Positions 38,196 to 47,704 of a DNA stretch of 64,000 nt are shown here, in pieces. Numbering within the stretch: position 1 is the stretch's first letter; the number at the start of each line of letters is the position of its first letter. Under the pieces are notes generated by a model. The model was not told the DNA's origin. It did not search any database and saw nothing but the letters and a program-made list of their open reading frames with translations. The stretch is from the NCBI GenBank assembly GCA_963668315.1, contig OY764216.1, forward strand, positions 2,176,001 to 2,240,000. The letters are read 5' to 3'. Source of the stretch: Spirochaetia bacterium. GTDB lineage: Bacteria > Spirochaetota > Spirochaetia > DSM-2461. The position numbers were made by a program, and so were the translations under genes.

Positions 38196-40025
38196 TTATA
38201 TATACCGTTTTCTACTGTTCAGGAGCATCAGGTTCTTTAATTCCGTTCCCCCTTCCAGGGTCAGCCATTTCTCCTGGAAATTCTCCAGGGAGATCAGAGA
38301 CGCCATGGAAGCCAGCGTTTTCAGGTGGAGAAGCCGTCTGTCCTCGGTGCCCCCGAAGAGAAATACCGCCTTGACTTTCTCATCCCCGAAGGCAATGCCT
38401 TCCCGGCTGCGTATGATCCTCAGGAACATGCGATCCTCCCCCTCTATGAGGATATGGGGAATAGCCAGAAAGGGAGATACCACCGTGCTGGAATCCTCCT
38501 GCCGCCTGCGGTAGCGTGCCGATACCTCTTCCTCCTTCATGCCCGTCTCCTCGGCTATTCCGGGTACCGTACTGGAAAGGAGCTCCTCGAAGGTTCCCGG
38601 GCCTTCCCAGTCAATGAAGGGGCATGTCTTGATAAGCTCGTCAAAATTGTCCTGCTCAATTTCATCACGGTGGATGATCACTTCCCTCAGCTCGTCCTCA
38701 AGTACGTTGTGAATCAGTCTGTCGTCGGTCAGTCTCTTGATCAGATGAAGCAGGGCCGATTCCCTCCGCTTTTCCCTGCGCCCGTATATCATGTAAAGAC
38801 AGAAGCTCAGGAAGACAAGGGCCAGGCTGATTTCCATGGCCTCCATTCCCATATCAATGATGAAGAAGGAAAAAAGGAGGATGCTGCCTATCTGCAGGAC
38901 GGGATAGAAGGGAGCCGTGAAGGTGGGGCGGTAGTTGGTCAGCCTGCTCTCCCTCAGAACGATCAGGGCGATGTTGGTGAGCACGTAGGAGGTCAGGATG
39001 ACGGTGGACGCCGCTTTGACCAGGGTATCCAGGGGAAGCAGAAGGGAGAGGTAAATAAGAAGACCCGTGGCAAGAATCGCCGGAGTGGGTGTTTTGAACC
39101 GGTTGTTCACCCGGCCGAAAAGGGCGGGAATGAGCCTGTCGTGGCTCAGGGACATGGGATAGCGGGAGGCGGACATGATGCCTGCGTTGGCCGTGGTGAC
39201 AAAGGCCAGGAGCGAGGATATGAGTATAACGAAGTAACCCGGTTCGCCCATGACGTTCCTGGCCGAATCGGCTACGGGCGTCAGGGAGCCGGAGAACTCC
39301 TCACCCCTCAGCGTGCCGGTGATCACAAAGGTTATCACCGTATAGAAGGCGGTTACCGTAAGAATGGATGACAGAATTCCCAGGGGGAGATTGCGCCGGG
39401 GATTAATCACTTCCTCCGAGATATTGGCCACATTCAGAAGACCCCCGAAGGAGATGAAGATGAAGCCCGATGTTATGATGACTTCATTCAGGCCGTGGGG
39501 GAAAAGGGGCGTGTACAGGGTTTTGTCTATCCGGGGGATTCCGGCTGCGATATAAATAAGGAGAAGGGTCAGCAGGCCGGTGACGAGGATGATCTGGAAG
39601 GTTACCGCCTCCTTGACTCCCACGATATTCAGAAAAACAAAAAACAGACAGAGAACCAGTCCGGAGATCAGGACATTCAGGCCGGTGAAGAGAAAGAGGA
39701 TCTCCGAGATACCGAATATGGCGAAAGCGCTTTTCAGAGAGAGGGCGAACCATCCCAGAAATCCGGACATGGTACCCAGGGCAGGGCCGAAGGTCTTGTT
39801 TATGAAGTAGAAGTCTCCCCCCGATTTGGGCATGGCCGTGGACAGCTCAATGACACTGAGTATTCCCACCATTCCCAGAAGACCTGCCGTCAGGTAGGAA
39901 AGAAAGACCGAGGGGCCCGTTCGGGCGTAAGCGAATCCGGGAAGGATAAACAAGCCCGAACTGATCATGGCGCCCGTGGCTATGCTGAACACTCCCCAGA
40001 AGCTGATACTCTTTTCTAATCTCAT
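38196..40025 (-). CDS. APC family amino-acid permease with C-terminal PTS EIIA-like domain
   Basis: GAMISSGLFILPG, GGDFYF, SEEVINPRRNLP. C-terminal STVVSPFLAIPH. Confidence 0.87.
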   Translation of the reverse strand: MRLEKSISFWGVFSIATGAMISSGLFILPGFAYARTGPSVFLSYLTAGLLGMVGILSVIELSTAMPKSGGDFYFINKTFGPALGTMSGFLGWFALSLKSAFAIFGISEILFLFTGLNVLISGLVLCLFFVFLNIVGVKEAVTFQIILVTGLLTLLLIYIAAGIPRIDKTLYTPLFPHGLNEVIITSGFIFISFGGLLNVANISEEVINPRRNLPLGILSSILTVTAFYTVITFVITGTLRGEEFSGSLTPVADSARNVMGEPGYFVILISSLLAFVTTANAGIMSASRYPMSLSHDRLIPALFGRVNNRFKTPTPAILATGLLIYLSLLLPLDTLVKAASTVILTSYVLTNIALIVLRESRLTNYRPTFTAPFYPVLQIGSILLFSFFIIDMGMEAMEISLALVFLSFCLYMIYGRREKRRESALLHLIKRLTDDRLIHNVLEDELREVIIHRDEIEQDNFDELIKTCPFIDWEGPGTFEELLSSTVPGIAEETGMKEEEVSARYRRRQEDSSTVVSPFLAIPHILIEGEDRMFLRIIRSREGIAFGDEKVKAVFLFGGTEDRRLLHLKTLASMASLISLENFQEKWLTLEGGTELKNLMLLNSRKRYI

Positions 40026-40128
40026 GGTACTCCTCCCACGGGCGGAACGGGACCTTTCTGTCCCGCCTATGTACTAAATATAAGAGAGCTTCCTTGAGAG
40101 GTCAAATAAAACCATTCCCTCCGGGAGA

Positions 40129-40890
40129 TCAGAAATAGAATTTGTAGACCGTATTGAGAATCGTCGCACCCACGATGACGAGCATGGCGTAGCGGACGAA
40201 ACGGGGAGGACGCTTGATGACCAGATGGGAACCGGCCAAAGTCCCCAGTACCTGTCCCGCGGCCATGACGAAACCCACTATAAAGACCACGTTTCCTCCC
40301 AACAGGAAGAAGAGCAGGGAGGCCAGGTTGCTGGTCAGATTCATAGGTTTGGTGGCGCCTGTAGCTCCTTTCAGATTCATGCCCATTAGGGTGACAAAAC
40401 CGATGGTCCAGAAAGATCCGGTTCCCGGGCCGAAGAATCCGTCGTAGAATCCCAGGCAGATCCCGAAGAGAGCCAGGAAGGGGAGGGTCTTGATCCGGCT
40501 TTTCTCTTCACGCTCGCCCATGTCCTTTTTGACGAGGGTGTAGAGGAAAACCGCCGCCAGGAGCAGGGGAACCGCTTTCTCCAGAAAGTCGGCGGAAATG
40601 CTCTGAATCAGGATGGTGCCCGATGCGGCTCCTATGAAGGTGAAAACGATGCCCGGCCAGATCTTTTTGATATCGAAGAGACCGGACCGCCCGTAGCGCA
40701 GGGTGGATGTAAGGGTTCCGAAGGGGGATTGAAGCTTGTTGGTTCCCAGGGCCAGATGGGGAGGGAGACCCACGGAGAGGAGAACGGGAATGGTTATCAT
40801 TCCTCCGCCCCCCGCTATGGAGTCGATAAAACCGGCCAGTGTGCCGCCGAGAAAGATGAATATATAGGATAACCAGGTCAGTTCGGGCAT
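40129..40890 (-). CDS. TSUP (TauE/SafE, YfcA-like) transporter
   Basis: AGFIDSIAGGGG, ALGTNK, GFYDGFFGPGTGSF. Confidence 0.92.
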   Translation of the reverse strand: MPELTWLSYIFIFLGGTLAGFIDSIAGGGGMITIPVLLSVGLPPHLALGTNKLQSPFGTLTSTLRYGRSGLFDIKKIWPGIVFTFIGAASGTILIQSISADFLEKAVPLLLAAVFLYTLVKKDMGEREEKSRIKTLPFLALFGICLGFYDGFFGPGTGSFWTIGFVTLMGMNLKGATGATKPMNLTSNLASLLFFLLGGNVVFIVGFVMAAGQVLGTLAGSHLVIKRPPRFVRYAMLVIVGATILNTVYKFYF

Positions 40891-41072
40891 GGGGAGAGGG
40901 TAGCAGAATCCGGGGAAAGGGAAAAGAGGAGATGGTATGTTTTTTTTGCGGGGGCATAATTGTTTGCTGGAAAAAAAGGTACCTTCGGGATATAATTGAA
41001 TTGCCGAAAGGCGGATTTTAAAATATCAACCTTCCGGAGGGAGCGATTGTTTCCTTCGAAATGGAGAGTGCC

Positions 41073-41879
41073 ATGAGTTCATATAGGATAAAAAACGGAG
41101 GATTGATCCTCCTTATGGCGGGAGGGCTGCTGTTTCAGTCCTGTGAAAGCCTTTTTACTACGAATCTTTTTGCCGGAATCGATAAACTCGATCTGAGCAA
41201 AATGTCCTCCGAAGAGAAAGCCGTCGCCGTACTGGATGATCCGGAGGGCGCCCTGGAGGATCTGTCCGATACGGAAGTAGAGGAACTTCTGACCGATCTT
41301 GCCGATTTGTATAACGACACATCCGAAGACGACAGCACCCGTGAGCAGGCCGCTGCCGCCGCCGCGGCTGTCGAACTGGCCCAGGCCGGAGCGGATGATA
41401 CCATCAACAACCTGGGAGATGTGGCGGCCGATCTTCTTAATGACGACTTAACGATCAATGATGCCGGCGACCTTTTGAGCACGATTTTTTCCGATGAAAA
41501 CGGTAATCCCCTGGATCAGACGGAAGTTGAGACACAGCTGACGGCTATACTGGCCGCCGCCGCGGCTCTGGAAGTCTACGGCGATGTCCTGGGCGACGGA
41601 GGAAGTGCTCCCGCCGGGGTCAGCCCCAACGAGCTGGCCGTTACGGCACTTGTCGCAGGAATGGTAAATTTCCTGGTTGATCCTCTGGATGTTTCCGGTT
41701 CCGTATCGGACATCGCCGCGGATATCGTAAACGGCACCACAACCTCTCTTGCTGCTCTTCCCGATCTCAGTGTTATTTCTGCCGATCCGGAAGCCGCTTT
41801 GTTTCCCGCAAACGACGGCCTGGCCAACGTGGTGGAAGGATCTGATCTGATAACATCCTTACTGGATTTGATGGCTTGA
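41073..41879 (+). CDS. Acidic all-alpha lipoprotein of unknown function
   Basis: GGAGAG RBS, signal peptide with FQSC lipobox, very D/E/A/L-rich. Confidence 0.75.
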   Translation: MSSYRIKNGGLILLMAGGLLFQSCESLFTTNLFAGIDKLDLSKMSSEEKAVAVLDDPEGALEDLSDTEVEELLTDLADLYNDTSEDDSTREQAAAAAAAVELAQAGADDTINNLGDVAADLLNDDLTINDAGDLLSTIFSDENGNPLDQTEVETQLTAILAAAAALEVYGDVLGDGGSAPAGVSPNELAVTALVAGMVNFLVDPLDVSGSVSDIAADIVNGTTTSLAALPDLSVISADPEAALFPANDGLANVVEGSDLITSLLDLMA

Positions 41880-41905
41880 CGGGGAAATAAGGATATTACT
41901 GAACG

Positions 41906-43102
41906 ATGAAAAAAACGCTTTTTAACCTGGCTCTAATACTGATGGCTCTCTCCTTCTCCTGGGCTGAGACTCAAATCTCTTATATGCCCAGCTACGGCTG
42001 GTATAACCCCCGTATTCTGGGAATGGGCGGCGAAGTCAGTGCCGATCCGGACGGTTTCTCCTCCTTCGTTTCCAATCCCGCCGGCTTCGTGGGGGATAAG
42101 AAGGTCGATAAAGAGACCGGTGAAGTCGGTACAAAGAAAGAATTCACCCTCTTTTCACTTCAGGCTGCCATGATCGCCAATCCCTTTCAGGCTGTCGATA
42201 TGGCGGGCTCCATGGAGGACGGGCAGGATTCCATGTCCGCCTTTGTGGACTTTGCCCTGGCCCAGCTGGAAGAGAACGGCATGGGCGCCCGCACGGACCT
42301 GGCGGTGGCCAGTTATGCCGGAGGAGGCTGGGGAATCGGTACTTTTATATCCGCGGGAACCATGTTTCCCCAATCCGACCTGGCCCTGGCCACGGAAGGG
42401 GAGCTCACCGTGGACGGGGTTTTTGAGATAGGGTACGCCCGGGAATTCGAACTGCCCCTCTTTGATCTGACCGTGGGGGGAGATCTCAGGCCGATGTACC
42501 GCATGCTTGTCCCTCTGACCGCCGATCAGCTTCTCGACGGAATTCCCGATACCTCCGCTCTGCCGGCGACCTACGGATTCGGTATCGGATTCGATGGGGG
42601 GGCTACCCTGGAGTGGCGGGAGATGACCGCCGCTCTCGCTCTGCGTGATATCGGGCATACGAAATATATGATGTATGAAGCTCCTCTCGCCGATGTGGGC
42701 AATTTCTCTTCCGGGGCCGCCTCGGATATTCAGTACACCACTCCCATGTCCCTGACGGTGGGATTCGGTTATGAGCCCGAGCTTCCCCGAATAGGCTGGC
42801 TTGTGGATATGAGTTTCGTGGCATCCTACAAGCATGATCTCCTGATCGGGCTGGATCCTCTCTCCTACTACGGCTATACCCAGAGCTCTTTCTACAAATC
42901 CCTCCACATGGGTGTGGAGACAAAGTGGATCGATCTCATCTACCTCCGGGCGGGATTGAACGGCGGATACTTCACCGCCGGAACGGGGATTGATTTTGTC
43001 ATAGGCGAACTGAATATGGCCGTCTTCTCCACCGAGACGGGACGGACGGCGGGGCAGACTTCCGAAATGGGAGCGTCCATGGAACTGGCTTTCCGGTGGT
43101 AG
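41906..43102 (+). CDS. Putative outer-membrane beta-barrel (TraF/FadL/PorV-like)
   Basis: Signal peptide, NPRILGMGG and SNPAG N-terminal motifs, amphipathic strands, YLRAGLNGGYFTAG, C-terminal MELAFRW. Confidence 0.7.
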   Translation: MKKTLFNLALILMALSFSWAETQISYMPSYGWYNPRILGMGGEVSADPDGFSSFVSNPAGFVGDKKVDKETGEVGTKKEFTLFSLQAAMIANPFQAVDMAGSMEDGQDSMSAFVDFALAQLEENGMGARTDLAVASYAGGGWGIGTFISAGTMFPQSDLALATEGELTVDGVFEIGYAREFELPLFDLTVGGDLRPMYRMLVPLTADQLLDGIPDTSALPATYGFGIGFDGGATLEWREMTAALALRDIGHTKYMMYEAPLADVGNFSSGAASDIQYTTPMSLTVGFGYEPELPRIGWLVDMSFVASYKHDLLIGLDPLSYYGYTQSSFYKSLHMGVETKWIDLIYLRAGLNGGYFTAGTGIDFVIGELNMAVFSTETGRTAGQTSEMGASMELAFRW

Positions 43103-43156
43103 CCGGAGGGCAAAAGGGACGTGAAAAAAAACTTTGAAAAAGTTTTGACATTTATG

Positions 43157-43185
43157 TTGACACTTTTTTCAATCCCATGTATATT
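43157..43185 (+). promoter_or_regulatory. Sigma70 promoter for the tRNA-Lys/Glu pair
   Basis: TTGACA-17 nt-TATATT. Confidence 0.75.
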
Positions 43186-43207
43186 CTAGCTCGTTCGTTA
43201 GAGCGAT

Positions 43208-43280
43208 GGGCCGCTAGCTCAGTCGGTAGAGCAACGCCCTTTTAAGGCGTGGGTCACTGGTTCGAACCCAGTGCGGCTCA
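43208..43280 (+). tRNA. tRNA-Lys (TTT)
   Basis: GGGCCGCTAGCTCAGTCGGTAGAGCAACGCCCTTTTAAGGCGTGGGTCACTGGTTCGAACCCAGTGCGGCTCA. Confidence 0.96.
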
Positions 43281-43316
43281 TATCAGTTCCACGGCCTAAA
43301 GGTTTTGGATCTTTAT

Positions 43317-43388
43317 GTCTCCATCGTCTAGGGGTTAGGACACCAGGTTTTCATCCTGGCAGCGGGGGTTCGATTCCCCCTGGAGATG
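43317..43388 (+). tRNA. tRNA-Glu (TTC)
   Basis: GTCTCCATCGTCTAGGGGTTAGGACACCAGGTTTTCATCCTGGCAGCGGGGGTTCGATTCCCCCTGGAGATG. Confidence 0.95.
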
Positions 43389-43391
43389 CTT

Positions 43392-43421
43392 AAAGCACCG
43401 GTTTACCGGTGCTTTTTTTTT
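43392..43421 (+). terminator. Intrinsic terminator after tRNA-Glu
   Basis: AAAGCACCGGT-TT-ACCGGTGCTTT followed by a long T-run. Confidence 0.85.
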
Positions 43422-43449
43422 GCCCTTTGCTTTATCGCACTTTCCCTTA

Positions 43450-44541
43450 TTAAGGGGACGTCAGAAGGTCGGCCCATATAATGCCCTGACCGGAAGGCAC
43501 ATCCCTTGTAAGGATCTTTCCCATGGCGTAGGGGGCATCACAGGGTTCCAGGCCGGGTCTGAGGATCTTTTCCGTGCGGAGGAGGGCCGTATTCGCCTCT
43601 GAAAGGACGGTGCCCGCCTTCAGATCAGTAAGGGCATGGAGTGAGCGGTTTGTCCGTCCGTAGTTATCCCTTTCAGCAGGCGCCAGGGTTTTTCTTCCCG
43701 TTCCCATAACCGCGGCGACGAGATCGTCTCCCACTCTTTTTTTTAGCCTTTTCATCTGTTCTTCTTCGGTGAATCCGGCCGCTTCTCCCACTTCTTCGAC
43801 CATGCGGGCGAAGTCTTCCGCTTCCAGGGCAATGGGATCGTCCAGGCCCCCGTCGTCATGGCGGAGGCAAAAATGCTTTTCAATGACGGAACAGCCCGCT
43901 GCCGTTGCCGCCAGGGGAACAATATAGGGATCGGTGCTGTGGTCGGATACCCCGACGGCGCAGCCGAAGAGGGAGCGGTAGTGGGGCAGAAGGGATATAT
44001 TGTACTCCTCCGGCGGGGCGGGGTAGGAGGTGACGCAGTGGAGCAGGGTCGTATGGGAGTCGGGATCAAAAAGGTTCAGAGCCCTCTCTATATCGGCCAG
44101 CAGGGATACGCCGGAGGAGAGAATGATCTTCCGGCCCTTTTCCTCCTGCTGCCAGAGGGAGGCCTTTTCCAGAAGGGGAAGGTAATTCAGCTCGGGGGAA
44201 GCTATCTTGATAATTTCCGTCCCCATCTCTGCCACGAGGGACCAGCTCTCGGGACCGAAGGGCGTCGGAAGATATCCGATCCCTTCCTTCCGGCAGGAGA
44301 GCCTCAGCGCTTCATAGAAGTCCCTCTGCTGCTCGAGGTTCCTGAACACATCGTAAAGGGGGGTCACGCCTCCCGGCAGGGGAACATCTCCCGTGTTGGG
44401 ATGGATGATGTCCCGGGCAAAGACTACCTGGAATTTCGCGAAGTCCGCCCCTGCTTCGGCGGCTCTGGCGATGAGTTCCTGTGCTTTATCAAGGGAACCG
44501 CCATGGCCAGTTCCCAATTCTGCTATGATGAGCGGTTTCAA
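43450..44541 (-). CDS. NeuB/PseI/SpsE-family nonulosonate synthase with C-terminal SAF domain
   Basis: IIAELGTGHGG, KIASPE, LLHCVTSYPAP, GVSDHS, IEKHF. TTG at 44541 preferred (AGGGGG RBS); 44562 is possible. Confidence 0.88.
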   Translation of the reverse strand: MKPLIIAELGTGHGGSLDKAQELIARAAEAGADFAKFQVVFARDIIHPNTGDVPLPGGVTPLYDVFRNLEQQRDFYEALRLSCRKEGIGYLPTPFGPESWSLVAEMGTEIIKIASPELNYLPLLEKASLWQQEEKGRKIILSSGVSLLADIERALNLFDPDSHTTLLHCVTSYPAPPEEYNISLLPHYRSLFGCAVGVSDHSTDPYIVPLAATAAGCSVIEKHFCLRHDDGGLDDPIALEAEDFARMVEEVGEAAGFTEEEQMKRLKKRVGDDLVAAVMGTGRKTLAPAERDNYGRTNRSLHALTDLKAGTVLSEANTALLRTEKILRPGLEPCDAPYAMGKILTRDVPSGQGIIWADLLTSP

Positions 44542-44636
44542 TAAATCCCCCTGAAATACCAAAAAAAAAGGCCTTTCCTTGAAAAGAATATCGGTAAACT
44601 TGATATTATTTAATAAGGTTATATAATAATAGTAAC

Positions 44637-45323
44637 ATGGAAAGCATTTTTATTGTTGAAGATAACGAATCAATTCGTGAAGCTGTGGCCGGTTATTTGA
44701 AGTTAGCCGATTATAATGTGACTCAATTTGAAGGGGTAACCGGAGTAAAGGACGCGATTATTGAAAAAAAACCGGATTTGCTTATCCTGGATGTAATGCT
44801 GCCCGACGGGGACGGCTTTATTTTTGCCAAGGAACTCAGGCAGTACAGCCGTGTGCCCCTGATCTTTCTTTCGGCGAGAGAGTCCGAGTCGGACCGTATC
44901 ACCGGCTTTGAGATTGGAGCCGATGACTATATTGTTAAGCCCTTCAGTTCAAAGGAACTTGTCCTGCGCGTCGCCGCCGTCTTGAGGCGGGCCAGCAAGA
45001 ACGCTCAGGTCACCGAAGGAACCGTATGGAAACTGGGAAATGACGTTCTGGATTTCGATGAAGGTTCCCACAGGGCCCTTCTTAACGGCGAAGAGCTGAA
45101 ACTGACGGCGGCGGAGTGGAAGATCCTTGTTTTCCTCTCCTCAAGCGGTAACGCCGTTGTCTCCCGTGAACAGATTCTGGATCAGTGTCTGGAGTACTCA
45201 TTCGACGGTTATGACAGAACTGTCGATACCCATATAAAAAATCTCCGGGCTAAACTGGGCCGCCCCGACTGGGTCGAAACCGTAAGGGGATACGGCTACC
45301 GCTTTGCCGGCGAGCTGAAATGA
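44637..45323 (+). CDS. OmpR/PhoB family response regulator
   Basis: LDVMLPDGDG, GADDYIVKPF, RTVDTHIKNLRAKL, TVRGYGY. Confidence 0.95.
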   Translation: MESIFIVEDNESIREAVAGYLKLADYNVTQFEGVTGVKDAIIEKKPDLLILDVMLPDGDGFIFAKELRQYSRVPLIFLSARESESDRITGFEIGADDYIVKPFSSKELVLRVAAVLRRASKNAQVTEGTVWKLGNDVLDFDEGSHRALLNGEELKLTAAEWKILVFLSSSGNAVVSREQILDQCLEYSFDGYDRTVDTHIKNLRAKLGRPDWVETVRGYGYRFAGELK

Positions 45324-46327
45324 GTTCTTCGGAAAACTCCAAATGGTCTCTCCTGAGCCTTTCTATCGGTGTGCTGATTCTCATGGCGGTTGGTATCGTA
45401 TTTCTCTTTTTTTATCAATCCCTTCTGATCGTCGCCGGGCTGCTGCTTCTGACAGGCCTATCTGTTTTTCTGGCTTATCGTGGTTTTGACAAGACCCGAA
45501 AGAGGATGAACGGCCTCTCTCTGGCAACAAAGGCTCTCTCTATGAAACTGACGGCTCTGGCCAACGGTGAAAGGGAGGTCAGTTTTTATACGAAAAACCC
45601 ATCCGAATTCAATGAGATCGCCCAGGCGGCCGAGCTTCTTCAGTATGAACTGGATAAGAATGAGAAAGAGAGGGTGCGGTGGAGTCAGGACATTACCCAT
45701 GACCTGAGAACTCCCATTACAGCCATGAAAATACAGCTTGAGGGAATGCGGGACGGAGTTCTTACCCCATCTGAGGATCGCTACAGGCTTCTTTTCAAGG
45801 AGATCAATGAACTTGAAATCATGCTGAGCGACTTCTCCCTGCTGAATCGCATCGAGACGCCCGACCTGGTGCTTCAGAAAGAGTGGCTGTCCAGTGAGGA
45901 GATAATAAAAACTCTCTACGAGCGTTTTAATTATCTGGCCGACAAAGGCGGCATCAACCTCATCGCCCGGTGGGATAAATTCTATTTCAAGGCAGATTCC
46001 TCCCTCTTTATTAGAGCCGCCTCCAATCTGATCCAGAATGCCCTTTCCTATTCATCATCCGGTGCGGAGGTGCATCTTTCTTTCCGCCTTTACGACAATA
46101 TGATCCAGCTGACCGTGGAAAATCCCGGTAATATTCCCGAAGAGGAGCTTCCTCTTCTCTTTCAGAGACTCTACCGGGGAGAGAGCAGCCGTACGACCAG
46201 CGGTTCCGGTCTTGGATTAACCATAGCCAAATCCATTGCCCAGCTTCATCAGGGTGATATACAGGCCATGAACAGCAACAGGGGAACCACTCTTTTTATT
46301 ATGACGATCAATATGGTCATCAGTTAA
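45320..46327 (+). CDS. Sensor histidine kinase (two TMs, HAMP-like)
   Basis: THDLRTPIT, NLIQNALSY, GSGLGL. Overlaps the regulator stop codon. Confidence 0.92.
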   Translation: MSSSENSKWSLLSLSIGVLILMAVGIVFLFFYQSLLIVAGLLLLTGLSVFLAYRGFDKTRKRMNGLSLATKALSMKLTALANGEREVSFYTKNPSEFNEIAQAAELLQYELDKNEKERVRWSQDITHDLRTPITAMKIQLEGMRDGVLTPSEDRYRLLFKEINELEIMLSDFSLLNRIETPDLVLQKEWLSSEEIIKTLYERFNYLADKGGINLIARWDKFYFKADSSLFIRAASNLIQNALSYSSSGAEVHLSFRLYDNMIQLTVENPGNIPEEELPLLFQRLYRGESSRTTSGSGLGLTIAKSIAQLHQGDIQAMNSNRGTTLFIMTINMVIS

Positions 46328-46368
46328 AAAGACTATACATATGTAAGGTGTTATAGTATGATACTGTC

Positions 46369-47694
46369 ATGCCTGCCTTCGTACGCGCTCCCACCGTGGA
46401 GGAAAAACTTGATATCCTGACTGAGTCGGCCCGTTATGATGTCTGCCTCGCTTCCTGCAACGGAAGAACCGGAGGCGGAAGCGGCAGGGTCAGGGATCCC
46501 CATTCTCCCCTGAACCGCTGGATTTATCCGGCGGCCGTTCCGGGCGGGGGCATGGTTCACATGCTTAAAGTCCTTATGAGCAATGTCTGCGTGAATAACT
46601 GCCGTTACTGCTTCTTCGCTTCCCGGAGAAACTGCGGCAGGCGGACCTCGTTCCGCCCGGAAGAGCTGGCGGCGGTATTTATGAAGTTTTACCGGGCCGG
46701 CGAGGTAAGCGGGCTATTCCTCTCTTCGGGAATAAGAGGGGGAGCGGAGGAGACCATGGAGGCTATGGTAAAAACGGTCCTTCTTCTTCGTGAGAGGTAC
46801 CGATTCCCCGGATATATTCATTTGAAAATACTGCCCGGAGTCTCTCCTGGGCTTGTGGAAGAGGCCGTCCGTCTCTCCAACCGTATTTCCCTGAACCTTG
46901 AAGCTCCCACGGGAGACTATCTGGCCAGAATTGCTCCTGAAAAGGGATTCCGCGACGATCTTATGAAACGGATGGAATGGACGGGCCGGCTTATCCAAAA
47001 GGGAGAGGGCAGGACCGTCAGCCAGACAACCCAGTTCGTTGTGGGCCCTTCGGGTGAGAGCGATCGGGATATCATGAAAACCGTTGACTGGATCTACCGG
47101 GAAAGATATGTTTTCCGATCCTATTTTTCGGCCTATCAGAATCCCGACCTTCCCCTCGCCCAGGGAGGTAGGGAAAAGGACTCCCTTTTAAGAGAGCACC
47201 GCCTCTATCAGTGTGATTTTCTATTGAGGGCATACGGATTCCGTCTTCCCGATCTGGTATTCGACGGGGCGGACCGGATTCCCCTCCAGACCGATCCGAA
47301 AACAGCCTGGGCTCTGATGAACGGGGATAAATTTCCTGTGGACATCAACCGGGCCGATGAGACGGCACTGATGCGTGTCCCGGGGATAGGCCCCTTGTCA
47401 GCCTCCAGAATCGTCGCCTGGAGAAAGGAGACCCCTTTCCGCACTCTGGATGATCTGCGCCCCACGGGGTGCGTGGTAAAGAGGGCTTCTTCCTTTGTCG
47501 AATTTTCCGGGAAGAGAGGAGGGGAGGCTCAGCCCTATCTATTCGATATGGAACCGCCGGCAAAGTGGAAGATGGGAACCGATCCCTGGCAGAAGGAGAA
47601 AATCCGGGGAAATTATGAGTACCCCGCACAAAAGGGGAAAACGGTGAATTACCTTTTCAAGGGGAAGAACACCCCGCCGGTCTACTGCCGCTGA
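46369..47694 (+). CDS. Putative DNA modification/repair radical SAM protein with HhH (TIGR03916-like)
   Basis: KLDILTESARYDVC, CVNNCRYC, GLFLSSG, GYIHLKILPG, REHRLYQCDFLLR, RVPGIG HhH. Confidence 0.88.
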   Translation: MPAFVRAPTVEEKLDILTESARYDVCLASCNGRTGGGSGRVRDPHSPLNRWIYPAAVPGGGMVHMLKVLMSNVCVNNCRYCFFASRRNCGRRTSFRPEELAAVFMKFYRAGEVSGLFLSSGIRGGAEETMEAMVKTVLLLRERYRFPGYIHLKILPGVSPGLVEEAVRLSNRISLNLEAPTGDYLARIAPEKGFRDDLMKRMEWTGRLIQKGEGRTVSQTTQFVVGPSGESDRDIMKTVDWIYRERYVFRSYFSAYQNPDLPLAQGGREKDSLLREHRLYQCDFLLRAYGFRLPDLVFDGADRIPLQTDPKTAWALMNGDKFPVDINRADETALMRVPGIGPLSASRIVAWRKETPFRTLDDLRPTGCVVKRASSFVEFSGKRGGEAQPYLFDMEPPAKWKMGTDPWQKEKIRGNYEYPAQKGKTVNYLFKGKNTPPVYCR

Positions 47695-47704
47695 GGCAGA
47701 GAGA

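Noticed and set aside
41906..43102. TraF-like similarity as evidence of a conjugative element
   Set aside because: No relaxase, VirB4, coupling protein or other tra genes are present. Composition matches the core genome.
43208..43421. tRNA genes as possible integration sites for an island or prophage (also tRNA-Phe at 28560)
   Set aside because: Each tRNA unit is followed directly by its terminator and core-type genes. No integrase or duplicated tRNA 3' end was seen.
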